In this document: piece after piece, positions 1 to 11,730 of the stretch
How the letters are laid out: every line of letters starts with the position of its first letter
Position numbering within the stretch: the stretch's first letter is position 1
Assembly (NCBI RefSeq): GCF_006345805.1
Contig: NC_043011.1
Coordinates: forward strand, 5,766,001 to 5,830,000
Reading direction: 5' to 3'
Length of the DNA: 64,000 nucleotides
Source of the DNA: Octopus sinensis
Taxonomy: Eukaryota
Notes under the pieces: model-generated
Database searches by the model: none
What the model was told of the DNA's origin: nothing
What the model saw: only the letters and a program-made list of their open reading frames with translations
Position numbers and translations under genes: made by a program

Positions 1-213
1 CCATTGCCAGTCTCGCCTGGCCCCTGTGCCAGTGGCACGTAAAAAGCACCCACTACATTCACGGTGTGGTTGGCGTTATGAAGGGCATCCAGCCGGAGAA
101 ACACTGCCAGATCAGACTGGGCCTGGTGCAGCCTTCTGGCTTCCCAGACCCCAGTTGAACCGTCCAACCCATGCTGCATGGAAAGCGGACGCTAAATGAT
201 GATGACGATGATG
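1..213 (+). mobile_element. SINE-like family C, 3' part (internal gtgcc-ggtggcac repeats; tail gcatggaaagcggacg...(GAT)n)
   Basis: Same sequence recurs at ~3735-3920(-), 4290-4410(+), 5750-5880(+), 15420-15595(-), 18700-19035(+), 30540-30780(+), 36350-36480(-), 43040-43230(-), 48390-48860(+), 52730-52975(-). The tail resembles RTE LINE 3' ends. Confidence 0.8.
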
Positions 214-1140
214 TTGTCAGTCACTAGACAAAACTCTAGTAAATTGTCTCTTCTTCAAACAGCAAACATATTTTTTTACTCTACTGCAAGTATTGAGTTT
301 TATGTCAGATAGTATACTAGTGTGTGTTTTACACTTCTTACATTATAAAATTGTAAGTTGATAACTCAACTGTATAGAAAAATGCATCAAGTACATACTG
401 GAGTGGTTTGGTGGTATGGACATGTGTCAAGATGTATTATCATTAATGGACTATATCACTGATTATTTAACACTTTTATGTATGTATTGAGTACTTTGAT
501 TTTCTTCATGTAAATTATCTATAGTGTGTGAGTGTGTGTGTTTAGATAAGAGGTGGTTGAAGGGAGAGGAAAGGAACTTATTTAAACAAGATGTGATGAG
601 ATTGAAAACACATGCATACATACTATAGATGTACACACACACACACACACATGTGTCGGGGGGGGGGGTTACAAACAAATAAATGGTTATTTGTTTTTGT
701 GGGGCAGGGGTAACACAAGAATTCATTGGCAACAACCCAACCTGTTGTAGATAGACTATAGAATGGTTATATGAATGGAATTGGTAAAAAAAAAAGCAAG
801 AAAGAAATGTGGTGGGGGGGGGGGTAAACAGACACTGAGAAAGAGATGGGAGGGGTGGAGAAAGACAGACAGCCATACAATCTGTTATGTTCAACAGGAT
901 GTAGTTGTTGTTGAACATTGTATAAAGTTTGAATTAACAGAAAGAAAAGAAATATAAACAGCTAAGAAAAACAAAACACTGCAACAAGATGACAATAAAA
1001 AAAAGTAACAGCAGTCTGTCTGTGTGTCTTTTTGATGAGTGAAGAAACCTCATTTCTTTCTCCCAACAGCTTTCTTTTCACTGACTGACCTTCACTTTGT
1101 ACAACCTCTGGCTGTGGCCATTTTCTCATTTTTCTACCAT

Positions 1141-1556
1141 AGGCGCAGGAGTGGCTGTGTGGTAAGTAGCTTGCTTACCAACCACATGGTTCCGGGTTCA
1201 GTCCCACTGCGTGGCACCTTGGGCAGGTATCTTCTGCTATAGCTTCGGGCCGACCAAAGCCTTGTGAGTGGATTTGGTAGACGGAAACTGAAAGAAGCCC
1301 GTCATATATATATATATATATGCGTGTGTGCGTGTATGTTTCCGTGTTTGTGTTTGTCCCCCTAGCATTGCTTGACAACCGATGCTGGTGTGTTTATGTC
1401 CCCATTACTTAGCGGTTCGGCAAAAGAGACCGATAGAATAAGTACTGGGCTTACAAAAGAATAAGTCCTGGGGTTGAGTTGCTCGACTAAAGGCGGTGCT
1501 CCAGCATGGCCGCAGTCAAATGACTGAAACAAGTAAAAAGAGTAAAAAGAGTAAAG
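1141..1556 (+). mobile_element. tRNA-derived CORE-type SINE, family A, full length
   Basis: A box TGGCTGTGTGGTAAG, B box GGTTCAGTCCC, CORE-like GGCACCTTGGGCA(A)GT, internal (TA)n(TG)n, (gagtaaaa)n tail. About 20 copies in the window. Confidence 0.88.
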
Positions 1557-1691
1557 AGTACTCCTACCTCTACTCTCACCACTACCATCACTACTACTAC
1601 TACTACTACTACCACAACCTCCACATCTAGCAACCCCGTTACCATCATGATACCACAGTTACTACCACCAGCTTTTGATCATAAGATCCCC

Positions 1692-2058
1692 TAACCCTTT
1701 AGCAATTAAGCAGGTCATATCCGGCCTAGATAGTCTGTCTGTTTTATGTTCAAACTGATCAGATCCGGCCTCTCACACCTACCCTTCAATGTCATTCTAA
1801 AAATAATTAAGCATAGCATATAACAGAGCAATCCAAATGCTAAAAAGTTAATCCTTGTGGCATTTAGATTACTCTGTCAAATGTAATGCTTTTGAATTAA
1901 TCCTTTATTAATATCATAGCTTTGAGATTTTGGTGATGTGATTGTTTGTTTTTTGAGTGACATTGTAGGGTAGGTGTGAGAGGCTGGATATGGCTGGTTT
2001 GAACACAAAAAGAGAATATTCGGGTCAGTTATGGCCAGTTTAAATGCCACAAGATTAA
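1692..2058. mobile_element. Two back-to-back piggyBac-like MITE copies sharing a TTAA site
   Basis: 1692-1851 begins TAACCCTTTAGCA and ends TGCTAAAAAGTTAA. 1848-2058 is a reverse-oriented copy ending in TTAA. A third copy lies at ~58765-58950. TTAA/CCC termini are typical of piggyBac. Confidence 0.65.
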
Positions 2059-2108
2059 GTGATGCAATTAATGGCTTCTCTTTGCCAAAATCTGTGGCAA
2101 CCTTCTGC

Positions 2109-2521
2109 ACACATTTCTTCTTTTTCATTTCTTTTACTTGTTTCAGTCATTTGACTGCGGCCATGCTGGAGCACCGCCTTTAGTTGAGCATATCGACCTC
2201 GGGACTTATTCTTTGTAAGCCCAGTACTTATTCTATCGGTCTCTTTTGCCGAACCGCTAAGTTACGGGAACGTAAACACACCAGCATCGGTTGTCAAGCA
2301 ATGCTAGGGGGACAAACACAGACACACACACACACATACATATATATATATACATATATACGACAGGCTTCTTTCAGTTTCTGTCTACCAAATCCACACA
2401 CAAGGCATTGGTCGGCCCGGGGCTATAGCAGAAGACATTTGCCCAAGATGCTACGCAGTGGGACTGAACCCGGAACCATGTGGTTGGTAAGCAAGCTACT
2501 TACCACACAGCCACTCCTGCA
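2109..2521 (-). mobile_element. SINE family A, full length, inverted relative to 1141-1556
   Basis: Reverse complement of the 1141 copy over ~400 bp. Confidence 0.88.
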
Positions 2522-4479
2522 TAGTACCACTACATTGGTAATCTTTATAAATTAAAGATACACATTTTATCAAACTATATTCCAAAAACTGATGACATCA
2601 GAACAAAACCAAATTCTCTACATAATCCAGCACTGTACCATTTCTTCCAGCTTGCTCTTCTAAGACTACATGAATGCCAAAGTGAATCAAAACTTGTAGA
2701 ATTAGCCGGAACCTCATGGCTGACTCACAAATTGGTTGAATGGTTTGGTAGGAGAGAAATTGTCTGACTGTTTTTACACTGAATAATTTTGGTTTTTTGG
2801 TTCAGGATTCAAAACAAAACAAAAAAAAATGGTTTAAATGACTGTGGTTCGTTTGTCCAGGTTTTCAATTGAATGAGAGAGAGAAACAGAAAGACAGACA
2901 GACAGACAAATTGATAGAAAGCAAAGAAGAGATCAAAGAGAAGTGAAGGAAGGAAACTCAACAAAGATAAGCAACAACACAATATAAATATATAATAATA
3001 TATCAAGCACCACTATCAACACTAGTGGTGGTGGTGGTGGCTGTGGCGGCGGTTGTGGTGGTGGTGGTGGATTATGAAGACTGTTTTACAGAAACCCAGT
3101 CAAGCAAAATGTCACTGTAACCTTTTGAAATTTGATCAAAGTTTCAAAAAAGCTCACAAGTAAATTGGGCTGAATGAAATAATGAGTAGACAATAGGGAA
3201 AGGTAATGGGGACATGAATTAGGTCGTTGCTATTGTTTGGTTCAGTAGACTAATGATCAAAAGCATTCCAACTATGACCCAACGGCCCATTTTTTTTTCA
3301 TTTTTTTCCTTTTTCTTAAACATAGTAAATGCAATTATTTAGGCAGTGTAGTGTAATTTGAGGGAGATTTAACTGCTATTTCTAGCATCCCAAGTGATTT
3401 CTATACATTCAAAATTGACTTGTACAAGAATCGGCTGACGTAAATGCCTTGTAGCTAATCATGTGTGTGTGTGTGTGTGTTCATATTGATATCATGTAGA
3501 AACTGTAAATGGTTGTCACCATCAAACGAGCAAAGTCATCTGTTTTTTCAATCTTCCATAAAAACATGTCCGGCCATGAGGAAATATTACCTTGCTTGGA
3601 AACAGGTGAGGATTGGAGGCAAGAAAGGCATTCAACTGCAGAAAGTCTGCCTCAATGAATTTGTTCTCACTAATAAAAGCATAGGAAGGTGACATTAAAA
3701 AAAAAATGATGATGATAGATATCATCATCATCATCATCATCATTTAACATCCTTTTTTTTTTCTTCTTTTCATGCTGGCCTGAGTCAGAGTTTGACAAGA
3801 ACAGATAATCCAGAGGGCTCCACCAGGATCCATTGTCTGCTTTGGAATGGTTTCTATGGCCAGCTGTGCATCCAAATACCAACCACTTAATACATGGCAC
3901 CAGCACTGGAAAGGTCACCAAGTATTTGCAAGACCCTCAAATAAAAGGGGGTATAGACTGGAAGAATAAGAAACTATGATAGAGGGAGAGGACTGGGTGT
4001 CTTGCTGAAGAGGTGATACATATACATATTAATCAAAGTGTAAAATATTATATATGTATTATGACCGATCTTACCAATGAGTTTCGCACTAGGGGTTCAA
4101 TGGAGTGTTAGGTAACAGTCTGATTATGTAACCCTGCACTCTTCAGAGATAGCCTTTGTGGAATGAAATATGGCAGCACACACATATGTATACACATTTG
4201 TATGTATACATTCATATGTGTGTCTGACAGAGAAGTGAACAACAGTGATATTTTCTGTTCTCATCTGAAGTAAGCAATGTTCTGACACCTGATACCTTCA
4301 ACGTGCAAAGATCAATTGGAATGTGAAATATGAAAAGAAATAAAATACCTTACTTGAAAAACAGGTAAGGGTTAGTGATAGGAGGAGCACCCAGCCATAG
4401 AACATGCAACCTCATAGGTCAGTAAGTTTTACGCAACCAGTACCAGTATGGGGGGAAAAGTGAGCACAAAAACGATGAC

Positions 4480-4800
4480 AATGGCAAAGATGATAACTAT
4501 GATGATGATGCTGATGATGATGACACTGAAGGCAATGGTGCCGTGGCAGTGATAACAACGATGATAGCAATGATGATGATGGAGATGATGAATATGATGA
4601 CAATGGTAATTGCAATAACGATGATGATGATGGTAAAAATGCTGCCAAGGATGATAAAGATGATGACCACGATGATGATGATGATGATGGGAATGATAAT
4701 AGCAATGATGATGATGATGATGGGAATGATAATAGCAATGATGATGATGATGAAAATGGTAATGATGATGGTGAAGATGCTGTTAATAATGAAGATGAAA
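4480..4800. repeat. Degenerate (GAT)n microsatellite
   Basis: Directly visible; produces the poly-M and poly-S ORFs. Confidence 0.9.
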
Positions 4801-4824
4801 AGTACAACAATAAAGTAAACTTAC

Positions 4825-4965
4825 AATAGGGTTATCCTTGAAGTAGTGCAGTTTATTTGTGTTGGAATCCAGTAGGAAGTACCTCCTTTTAAACACTCCC
4901 GTATTCTCATCTTCCTCAATATTAAGGAAACCACACGTCCTGCCATATTGGTCCTCATATGGCAT
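4825..4965 (-). CDS. PLEKHA1: First coding exon (47 codons, phase-0 donor) of a PLEKHA1/PLEKHA2 (TAPP1/TAPP2)-like tandem PH-domain protein
   Basis: Translates MPYEDQYGRTCGFLNIEEDENTGVFKRRYFLLDSNTNKLHYFKDNPI, recognisably similar to the vertebrate TAPP1 N-terminus ([33 protein letters not shown]...MDNPQ, from memory). Ends at a GTAAGT donor (plus 4819-4824). An in-frame TGA 5 codons upstream supports this ATG as the start. Later exons not found, presumably before position 1. PLEKHA1 versus PLEKHA2 cannot be distinguished. Confidence 0.92.
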
Positions 4966-5245
4966 CTTGAACCAACTTCACCGAAATGACATCACAAACT
5001 GTTGGCAATTTCCACTTAGAAACAAAATAAACTGAAAGACGTTGCTCCTCTTTCCAACTTTGTTTTCCCCTTTTTCTTGTGATTTAATTTAAATTTGGTA
5101 AATCCTAATTGTTATTCGTTTTTATTGTTTCTGGTTTTAATTTTGTCCCTTTTATTTCTGTTTATCTTTTTTTTCTTTTCCCTGGTCAATGGCAGTTTTC
5201 GACAAATTATAACTGGTTCCTATAATTAAGAAAAAAAAGAATTTG

Positions 5246-5431
5246 TTAATAATAATAATGATGATGATAATAATAAGGATAATGATAATAATAATAATGA
5301 TGATGATAATAATAATGATAATGATAATAATAATAATGATGATAATAATAATAATAACGATGATGATAATAATAATAATAATAACGATGATGATAATAAT
5401 AATAATAATAACGATGATGATAATAATAATA

Positions 5432-5467
<36 letters not shown>

Positions 5468-5493
5468 TGATGATAATAATAATAACAATAATG

Positions 5494-5530
<37 letters not shown>
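5246..5530. repeat. (AAT)n/(GAT)n microsatellite
   Basis: Directly visible. Confidence 0.95.
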
Positions 5531-5532
<2 letters not shown>

Positions 5533-5750
5533 GTTTCAAATTTTGCCACAAGGGCAGAAATTTTGGGGGAAGGGATGAGTCGATTACATTGATCCCCAGT
5601 ACACAACTGGTACTTATTTTATCGACCCCCTACCCCCCACCCGAAAGGATGAAAGGTAAAGTTGACCTTGGTAGAATTTGAATCCAGAACATAGCGACGG
5701 GCGAAATACTGCTAAGCATTTCACTCTGTGTGCTAATTAATGATGGTGCC
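5530..5750 (-). mobile_element. tRNA-derived SINE family B (tail type 2)
   Basis: Core ACTTTGCCTTTCATCCTTTCGGGGTCGATAAA..AGTACCAG. Tail 2 is cccccaaaattt..cttgtg..(ATT)n. Other B copies: ~7260-7420(+), 16630-16830(-), 18365-18565(-), 27255-27460(+), 35200-35345(-), 42640-42960(-), 54340-54550(-), 54575-54787(-), 59430-59630(-), 62650-62860(+), 63866-64000(+). Confidence 0.82.
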
Positions 5751-6460
5751 AGAATAATACGGAGGAGGGGCATCCAGTCAGAGAAACCATACCAAAACAG
5801 ACAAGTGGAATCTGGACAGCTCCTCAACTAGCCAGCATGGAAAACAGACATTAAACTATGATGATGATGATGATGATGATGATAGATATATAGCCCAAAG
5901 CTATAGTAGAAGTTACTTGCCCAGGTGCCATGCAGTGGGACTGAACCCAGGACCATGTGGTTGGGGAAGCAAACTTCTTACCACACAGGCCATGCCTTCT
6001 CATATGTTAATGCGTGCTCCCTTCCGCTGACCCTTGGCTATTTCAAGTGATTTCAACTGAACACCCCCCTCCCTGGTGTCTACTTCGGCCCTTAATCCAG
6101 TTTGCTTTCAACCCTGACAGCTGTCTCGTTACCGTTTGCTTAATTAAATCACCAAATATAGCAACAAGTTTGGAATTAATTATGAATCTGTCAAATAAAA
6201 AAAAAACAAAAAGAAAATGACTTATGCCAATCAAAGTGAACCAACAATTTTGGCACTGGTCTATTTAACGAGATCTGCTAACGAGTAAATGTTGCCTAAC
6301 TGTAAGTTTGTTGTAATTTAGGGTTGGCGGGGGGAGGGGGAGGTGCCCCTCCCCACTGCCTTCTTTCCACCTGTCTACGGGTCTACGTAATATCTAATGC
6401 CAGTTTTACAACTGACATCATCGGATGTTATGATAGGAAGATGCTTCAGGAAGCTAGCAG

Positions 6461-6495
<35 letters not shown>

Positions 6496-6638
6496 TTTGA
6501 GGGAGGGAAAGGGAGAAAAGGAAAGAAAGAAATACAGAAAAAGAAAAAAAAAATTTAGAAATAATTCTGTGAAAGAATGATTTACATCAATAACAGTGAA
6601 AATAAAATATTATTTTACAGACTTCTGCATTTCCTAAA

Positions 6639-6682
<44 letters not shown>

Positions 6683-6687
<5 letters not shown>

Positions 6688-7045
6688 TCCTCCTTAGCGA
6701 AGGTGGAGGTATTGTTTTCAGTTGTGTTTGCTTGTCTGTGGACAAGATATCTCGAGAACCGCTGAATGGATTCAAATGAAACTTTCAGGGATGTTTGGTC
6801 TCGTGACTGGCACAAACTGATTAGGTTTTGGGATCAATCTGGTACCGGACAAGGATTCTGGAATATTTTTCCTGTTTTTTTTACTTAATTTTTGAAAGTG
6901 GTCAGATTCATTTTTAGTATTCTCGTTTGTGAAGGCAGTCGAGTTTATTTCAGATATTCTCATTTTAAAAATCATCTCCGGCTAATCATTGAGAGGACAT
7001 TGGTGTTGCCTTGGCAGAGGTTGTGCTCTCTGAGTGCTCCTGTTA
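6683..7045 (+). mobile_element. Helentron-associated non-autonomous element (HINE/DINE-1-like)
   Basis: 5' palindrome CCTCC..CCTTAGCGAAGGTGGAGG, subterminal inverted repeat CCTTGGCAGAGG near the 3' end followed by stem-loop GTGCTCTCTGAGTGC; inserted in (ATT)n. Confidence 0.7.
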
Positions 7046-7420
7046 TTATTAAGATGGTGAGCTGGCAGGGTGGGGAGAACATTGAGCAACATTTCCTCTC
7101 ACTTATGTTCAGAGTCAGAAATTCCACCAAGGTTGGTTTTTGCCTTCCTTTATCCTTTCAGTGTTGATAAAACAAAGACCAGTCAAAGACCGAGAGAAGT
7201 GTAATTGAGCAGACCCCATCCCCTAAAAATTTCAGGACTTGGGCCTATAGTAGAACGAATTAAGGGTAGCGAGCTGACAGAACCCTTAGCATGCCAGATA
7301 GGAATGCTTTGCAGCATTTTGTCTGTCTTAGCATTCTCAGTTCAAATTCTGTTGAGGTTGGCTTTGCCTCTCGTAATCGACCAGTTCCATGCTCCTCCAA
7401 ATTTCTAGGCTGTGTGCCTA

Positions 7421-7820
7421 TAGGCGCAGGAGTGGCTGTGTGGTAAGTAGCTTGCTAACCAACCACATGCTTCCGGGTTCAGTCCCACTGCGTGGCATCT
7501 TGGGCAAGTGTCTTCTTCTATAGCCCCAGGCCGACCAATGCCTTGTGAGTGGATTTGGTAGATGGAAACTGAAAGAAGCCTGTCGTATATATGTATATAT
7601 ATATATATATGTATGTGTGTGTCTATGTTTGTCCCCCTAGCATTACTTGACAACCGATGCTGGTGTGTTTACGTCCCCGTCACTTAGCGGTTCGGCAAAA
7701 GAGACCGATAGAATAAGTACTGGGCTTACAAAAGAATAAGTCCCGGGGTCGATTTGCTCGACTAAAGGTGGTGCTCCAGCATGGCCGCAGTCAAATGACT
7801 GAAACAAGTAAAACAGTAAA
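7421..7820 (+). mobile_element. SINE family A, full length
   Basis: Same head, core and tail. Other plus copies: ~21748-22130, 26226-26560, 28645-28830 (5' half), 31425-31825, 33910-34305, 34630-35025, 37420-37640 (3' half), 61270-61620. Confidence 0.88.
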
Positions 7821-8960
7821 ACAGTATAGGAGAAAGAATTATTATTATGGTAATTAAGGGTGTTGAGCTGGCAGTCATTTGGGCACTGGGGGGGAAAGTT
7901 ACTTTGAGCAGCATTTCTTCCCATGTCACATTCTGAGTTGAAAATATGCCAAGGTTAACTTGGTCTTTCATACTTCCAAGATCAATTAAAATAAATACTA
8001 GTTGAGCATTGGGGGACAATGCAATCAATTGCATCCTCCCCCCACCCTGCCTCCCCTCCAAATCTCAGGGTTTGTGCTCATAATGGAAAGAATCATTAGG
8101 CAACAATTCTTCGGCATCAACAAGGATGGTTATGAGTAATCTCCTCAAGAGGACTTTCGGGTCCAGTAGATGTGGGGGGGGGGTTAGTATAAATGGTCTT
8201 TCAAACACACCCTTCACACCCTCTTACATTCTGACATCCTCCTCCACCACCACACCCACTTCACACCCTTACACCTCCCATACTCCACCACACCCCCTCA
8301 CCCACCCACCCAATACACAGCCATCCCATTTAAGGAGACACAGGTCCAGTTTTCTCAAACAGAAGGGAATTATTATTCCAAATATTTCCCACCCCCTCCC
8401 CAACAGACCTCCTCCACCCTTCATGAAATAATAACAGACCAATTCCTGGTTCTGTTGGAACTGTAAAAGCACTGTTTTAGCTTAATGACTATTAATAGAC
8501 TTTCTGCAGGCCACACAGAGGAAATGGTAACAACAACATCTTTGTTAATCTTTGTACATTTTTATGAATGTTTTTCAAAGACGAAAGAAATTCTTGTAGT
8601 TTTCAAACCATAGTAATGATGATGATGATGATGGCTATTCCCATTGATTTCATTGTATGTTGGAAGGAAAGGATTTCAAACAACGAAAAAAGAAAAAGGA
8701 TTAAAAATTAAAGAAGCTACATCTTATTCGTGAAGGATGCATGAATGTAACTTAAGTCCAGGTATGGATTTTTGCTACGAAGTCACAATGGGGACACTGA
8801 AGATTTTGATTTTACCTGGAATTGGACAAATGTGTCTGTTGGTTGCAGGATCTAATTCTTTTATTATTCTGTTTCTTCAACTCAAATTATTTAGGTGATG
8901 CATCATGACACATTTTGCAAAATTCACATCAATTTAGGCAATAATTTTCTCAAGGTGTTA

Positions 8961-9006
<46 letters not shown>

Positions 9007-9009
<3 letters not shown>

Positions 9010-9543
9010 GCCCTGATGCAGTACCAGGCATTGGCTCTCATGGCTTCTGACTTTAACTGATTGGAAGTGTTATCATGTACATTGTTTTGTCTTGGTATAA
9101 AAGATGGGCTACAGCAAATATTCTGCTCAATACCACAGATTTGCTTGTCAGTTGTTTGACCATAACCAGTTGAGCATGTCCCTTAGTGGCTGACAATACG
9201 TGCATCTCTGATCACGAGCAGAAGTAGTGGGGGAGCATCATAGCCATGTGTCGAGGGGGATTCTTTGGGGTTTGGATAATTCACCTTTGGAAACATGGGA
9301 GTTTCATTCAACATCCTTAAACAACCCTTATTCAGGGACCTTTTGAGTGGGATGGTCTGACTGGACCCCATCTGAAAGGTCATGCACTGTTTATCTTGAT
9401 ATGAGATTACCATGTCACACACATATGGCTGTGATGCATGTGCCTGGTGTACCCTTATTAAACAGGTAGTCATGATGGGTATTCTGGGTTTTGTATATTT
9501 GTACCCCAGTGTCACTTTGTTGGCATGCACTGCTCTCTCACTC
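9007..9543. mobile_element. Unclassified ~540 bp interspersed repeat (family E) embedded in (AAT)n
   Basis: A second near-complete copy at 62907-63461 in opposite orientation and a partial copy at ~55225-55357; both full copies are flanked by (AAT)n on both sides. Confidence 0.75.
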
Positions 9544-9574
<31 letters not shown>

Positions 9575-9597
9575 TGTGTATACATATGTGAAGTAGT

Positions 9598-10210
9598 TAT
9601 AGTGTTGCACTCCTTTGTTATCGTTTGGTTTGGGTTTAAAAGTTCAAAGTGGACTAAAACTTTCATATGCCATCAAACATAACAACACCTTACATGGGTG
9701 AAGGCCTTCTTTAGCCTAGGGGTGCTGTTGTTTCTCCTTTCCCGAACTACTGTTTTCAGCACTTGATATTTATATAGAGGACCCATTTCTTGCCACCAGT
9801 CATTATTCGGTCCAATAAAGGTTCATTTGTGAGACATGAGAGTAAAGAAGAGCTCACATTCATTCTCTGAATGTGATTAGACTCAGAAAGTTTGTGAGGA
9901 AGCCATTGACCCAATTTACTGACTTTTCTGATGTCACGCAGGTGTCAATGAATGGTCGAATGACCAAATCCAAGCCTCTCTGCTAGTTCCTCAACAGTTA
10001 CGATGGGATTTTGTTCCACCAGGGTTTGCAGGACATCCTTATCGAGCTCTACAGATCTTCCAGAATGAGGCTTGTCTTCAAGACTATAATTTCCGACTTG
10101 GAATTTCTGGAACCACCGTTGACACTGGCTTACACTTATTGTCTGACTTTCATATATTGTGTTAATATTCCGCACACTTTCCATAGCTTTGAAAAAAATA
10201 ACTTTTAAAA
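9598..10210 (-). pseudogene. Degenerate mariner (DD34D-type, Hsmar/SETMAR-like) transposase, N-terminal half
   Basis: ORF 9945-10184 has HTH-region motifs (QCQRWFQKF..SLEDKPHSGR..ELAERLG..STIH). It continues past stops as KLGQWLPHKL (WVPHEL-like), LDRIMTGGKKWVLY (TGDEKW-like), GLHP.KVLL and VHFELL..NQTIT. Confidence 0.88.
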
Positions 10211-10381
10211 TTGAATTGCACTCTTCAAAACTTGCACTAAGAATAAGTACAAGATAAAATTACAACCCGCTCCTGTCCCCCTCTGACTTTTAGTTCATGC
10301 ATTTGAGCCCTACCAACCACATTATTTATGAGATGTCCCAATATATATGTGTGTGTGTGTGTGCGTGTGTGTGTGCATTGA

Positions 10382-10436
<55 letters not shown>

Positions 10437-11349
10437 CAGACACAGACAAACAGGTTTGTGTGTGTTCTACATCAAAGGAAAATTGGAGTCATATACTTCA
10501 GGGTGGGGATAGGGTGGGAATTGGCTGTTTCTATTCTAACAAACCTTGACATTGATAAACAGGGAAGTTAGTTTGATTTTTTTTTTTTTGTTTTTTAGAA
10601 TTTACCAAAATAAGAGGGAGGGGTGGGAAGGTAGGTGTGTGGGTGGGATAGAGTTGAAAAACATGAAGTTCCTATTCATCTATTTATTCATTCACAACTT
10701 TTTTAAAGCATTTAGTGTAGAAAAATGGATGGGGTGGGGTGGGGGTAAGATGGCAGAACTGAAGCAGAAACAACAAAAGAATTCAGAATGGAACCAGATA
10801 CCTTTTCAGCTGATCTTTGAAATACCTTTTTAGAATTATTTTAGCTTTTCATGCTCTTTTTTTTTCATTTTTTTTTTGTTTGTTTTTTTTTGGTTTTTGT
10901 CATTTTTTTTTTGGCAAGTGCTGGAATTTAAAACACCTGCAGGAAGATGGTGGTGGGTGTAGTGGGGTGGCTGATGATGAAAAACCTGAGGTGATAAATG
11001 AGTTTATGGGAAGTAGTTTGTATCACCCCTCCCCCCACAGAGTCAATTAGGAAATGACATGAGAGGGAACCAACAACGACAACATAGATATAAAACAAAG
11101 GATGGCAACAAGATAAACACACACACACACACACACAAGTTCATTTGCACCAAGATTAATATTCTGTGGTGTTTGGGGGGTTTTTTTTCTGCTTGAATAA
11201 CAAATTCTTCACTGATTAATCTTCCTCATCCTTGTCTTGTAGGTGTCACCATCGTCACACCCCAGCACCTCCACCACCATCATTGGTGTCACAGTTATCA
11301 CCATCATCATCATCATCAAAATGATCTTAATCAGCAGTCCTAGAATGAC

Positions 11350-11635
11350 ACTCTGCCGATTCCAATGATGAATGTTCCAACTGATTTGATCAACAGAGGA
11401 GCCTGCTTATGAAATTAATGAGCAAGTGGCCGAGTGCTCCACAGTTCAGCAGGACACAGGATGTGACAAGGCTGGCCCCATTTGAATTACAGGTACAACT
11501 CATTTTTGCCAGCTGAACAGACTGGAGCAATGTGAAAAAAAAAGTGTCTTGCTCAAGGACACGATGTGCTGCCGGGAATTAAACTCACGACCTTACGATT
11601 GTGAGGTGCATACCCTAACCACTAATCCACACACC
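11350..11635 (-). mobile_element. tRNA-derived SINE family D
   Basis: On minus: A box TAGTGGTTAG, B box GAGTTTAATTCCC, core GTGTCCTTGAGCAAGACAC. Similar copies at ~37660-37946(-) and 60284-60567(-); same head with a different body at 63497-63832(-). Confidence 0.8.
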
Positions 11636-11697
11636 TTCCTAGAACCACTGCCAATGTCATTGCCACCACCATCATCATCATCATCATCAGCACTAAC

Positions 11698-11730
<33 letters not shown>

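Noticed and set aside
1141-1230. tRNA-like heads of SINE families A, B and D as tRNA genes
   Set aside because: A and B boxes are present, but there is no complete cloverleaf and they continue into SINE cores.
4412-4810. 132-aa Ser-rich ORF directly after the PH exon, ending ..GCVKLTDL
   Set aside because: Mostly (GAT)n; no acceptor, and the end runs into a family C repeat. The resemblance to TAPP1 exon 2 (GAIKLTY) is superficial.
1-4820. Search for the second coding exon of the PH gene (candidates at ~2730-2780, ~3110-3150, ~4075-4135)
   Set aside because: None gives an open phase-0 frame resembling NLP..VG.I.L.YISK; the exon is probably outside the window.
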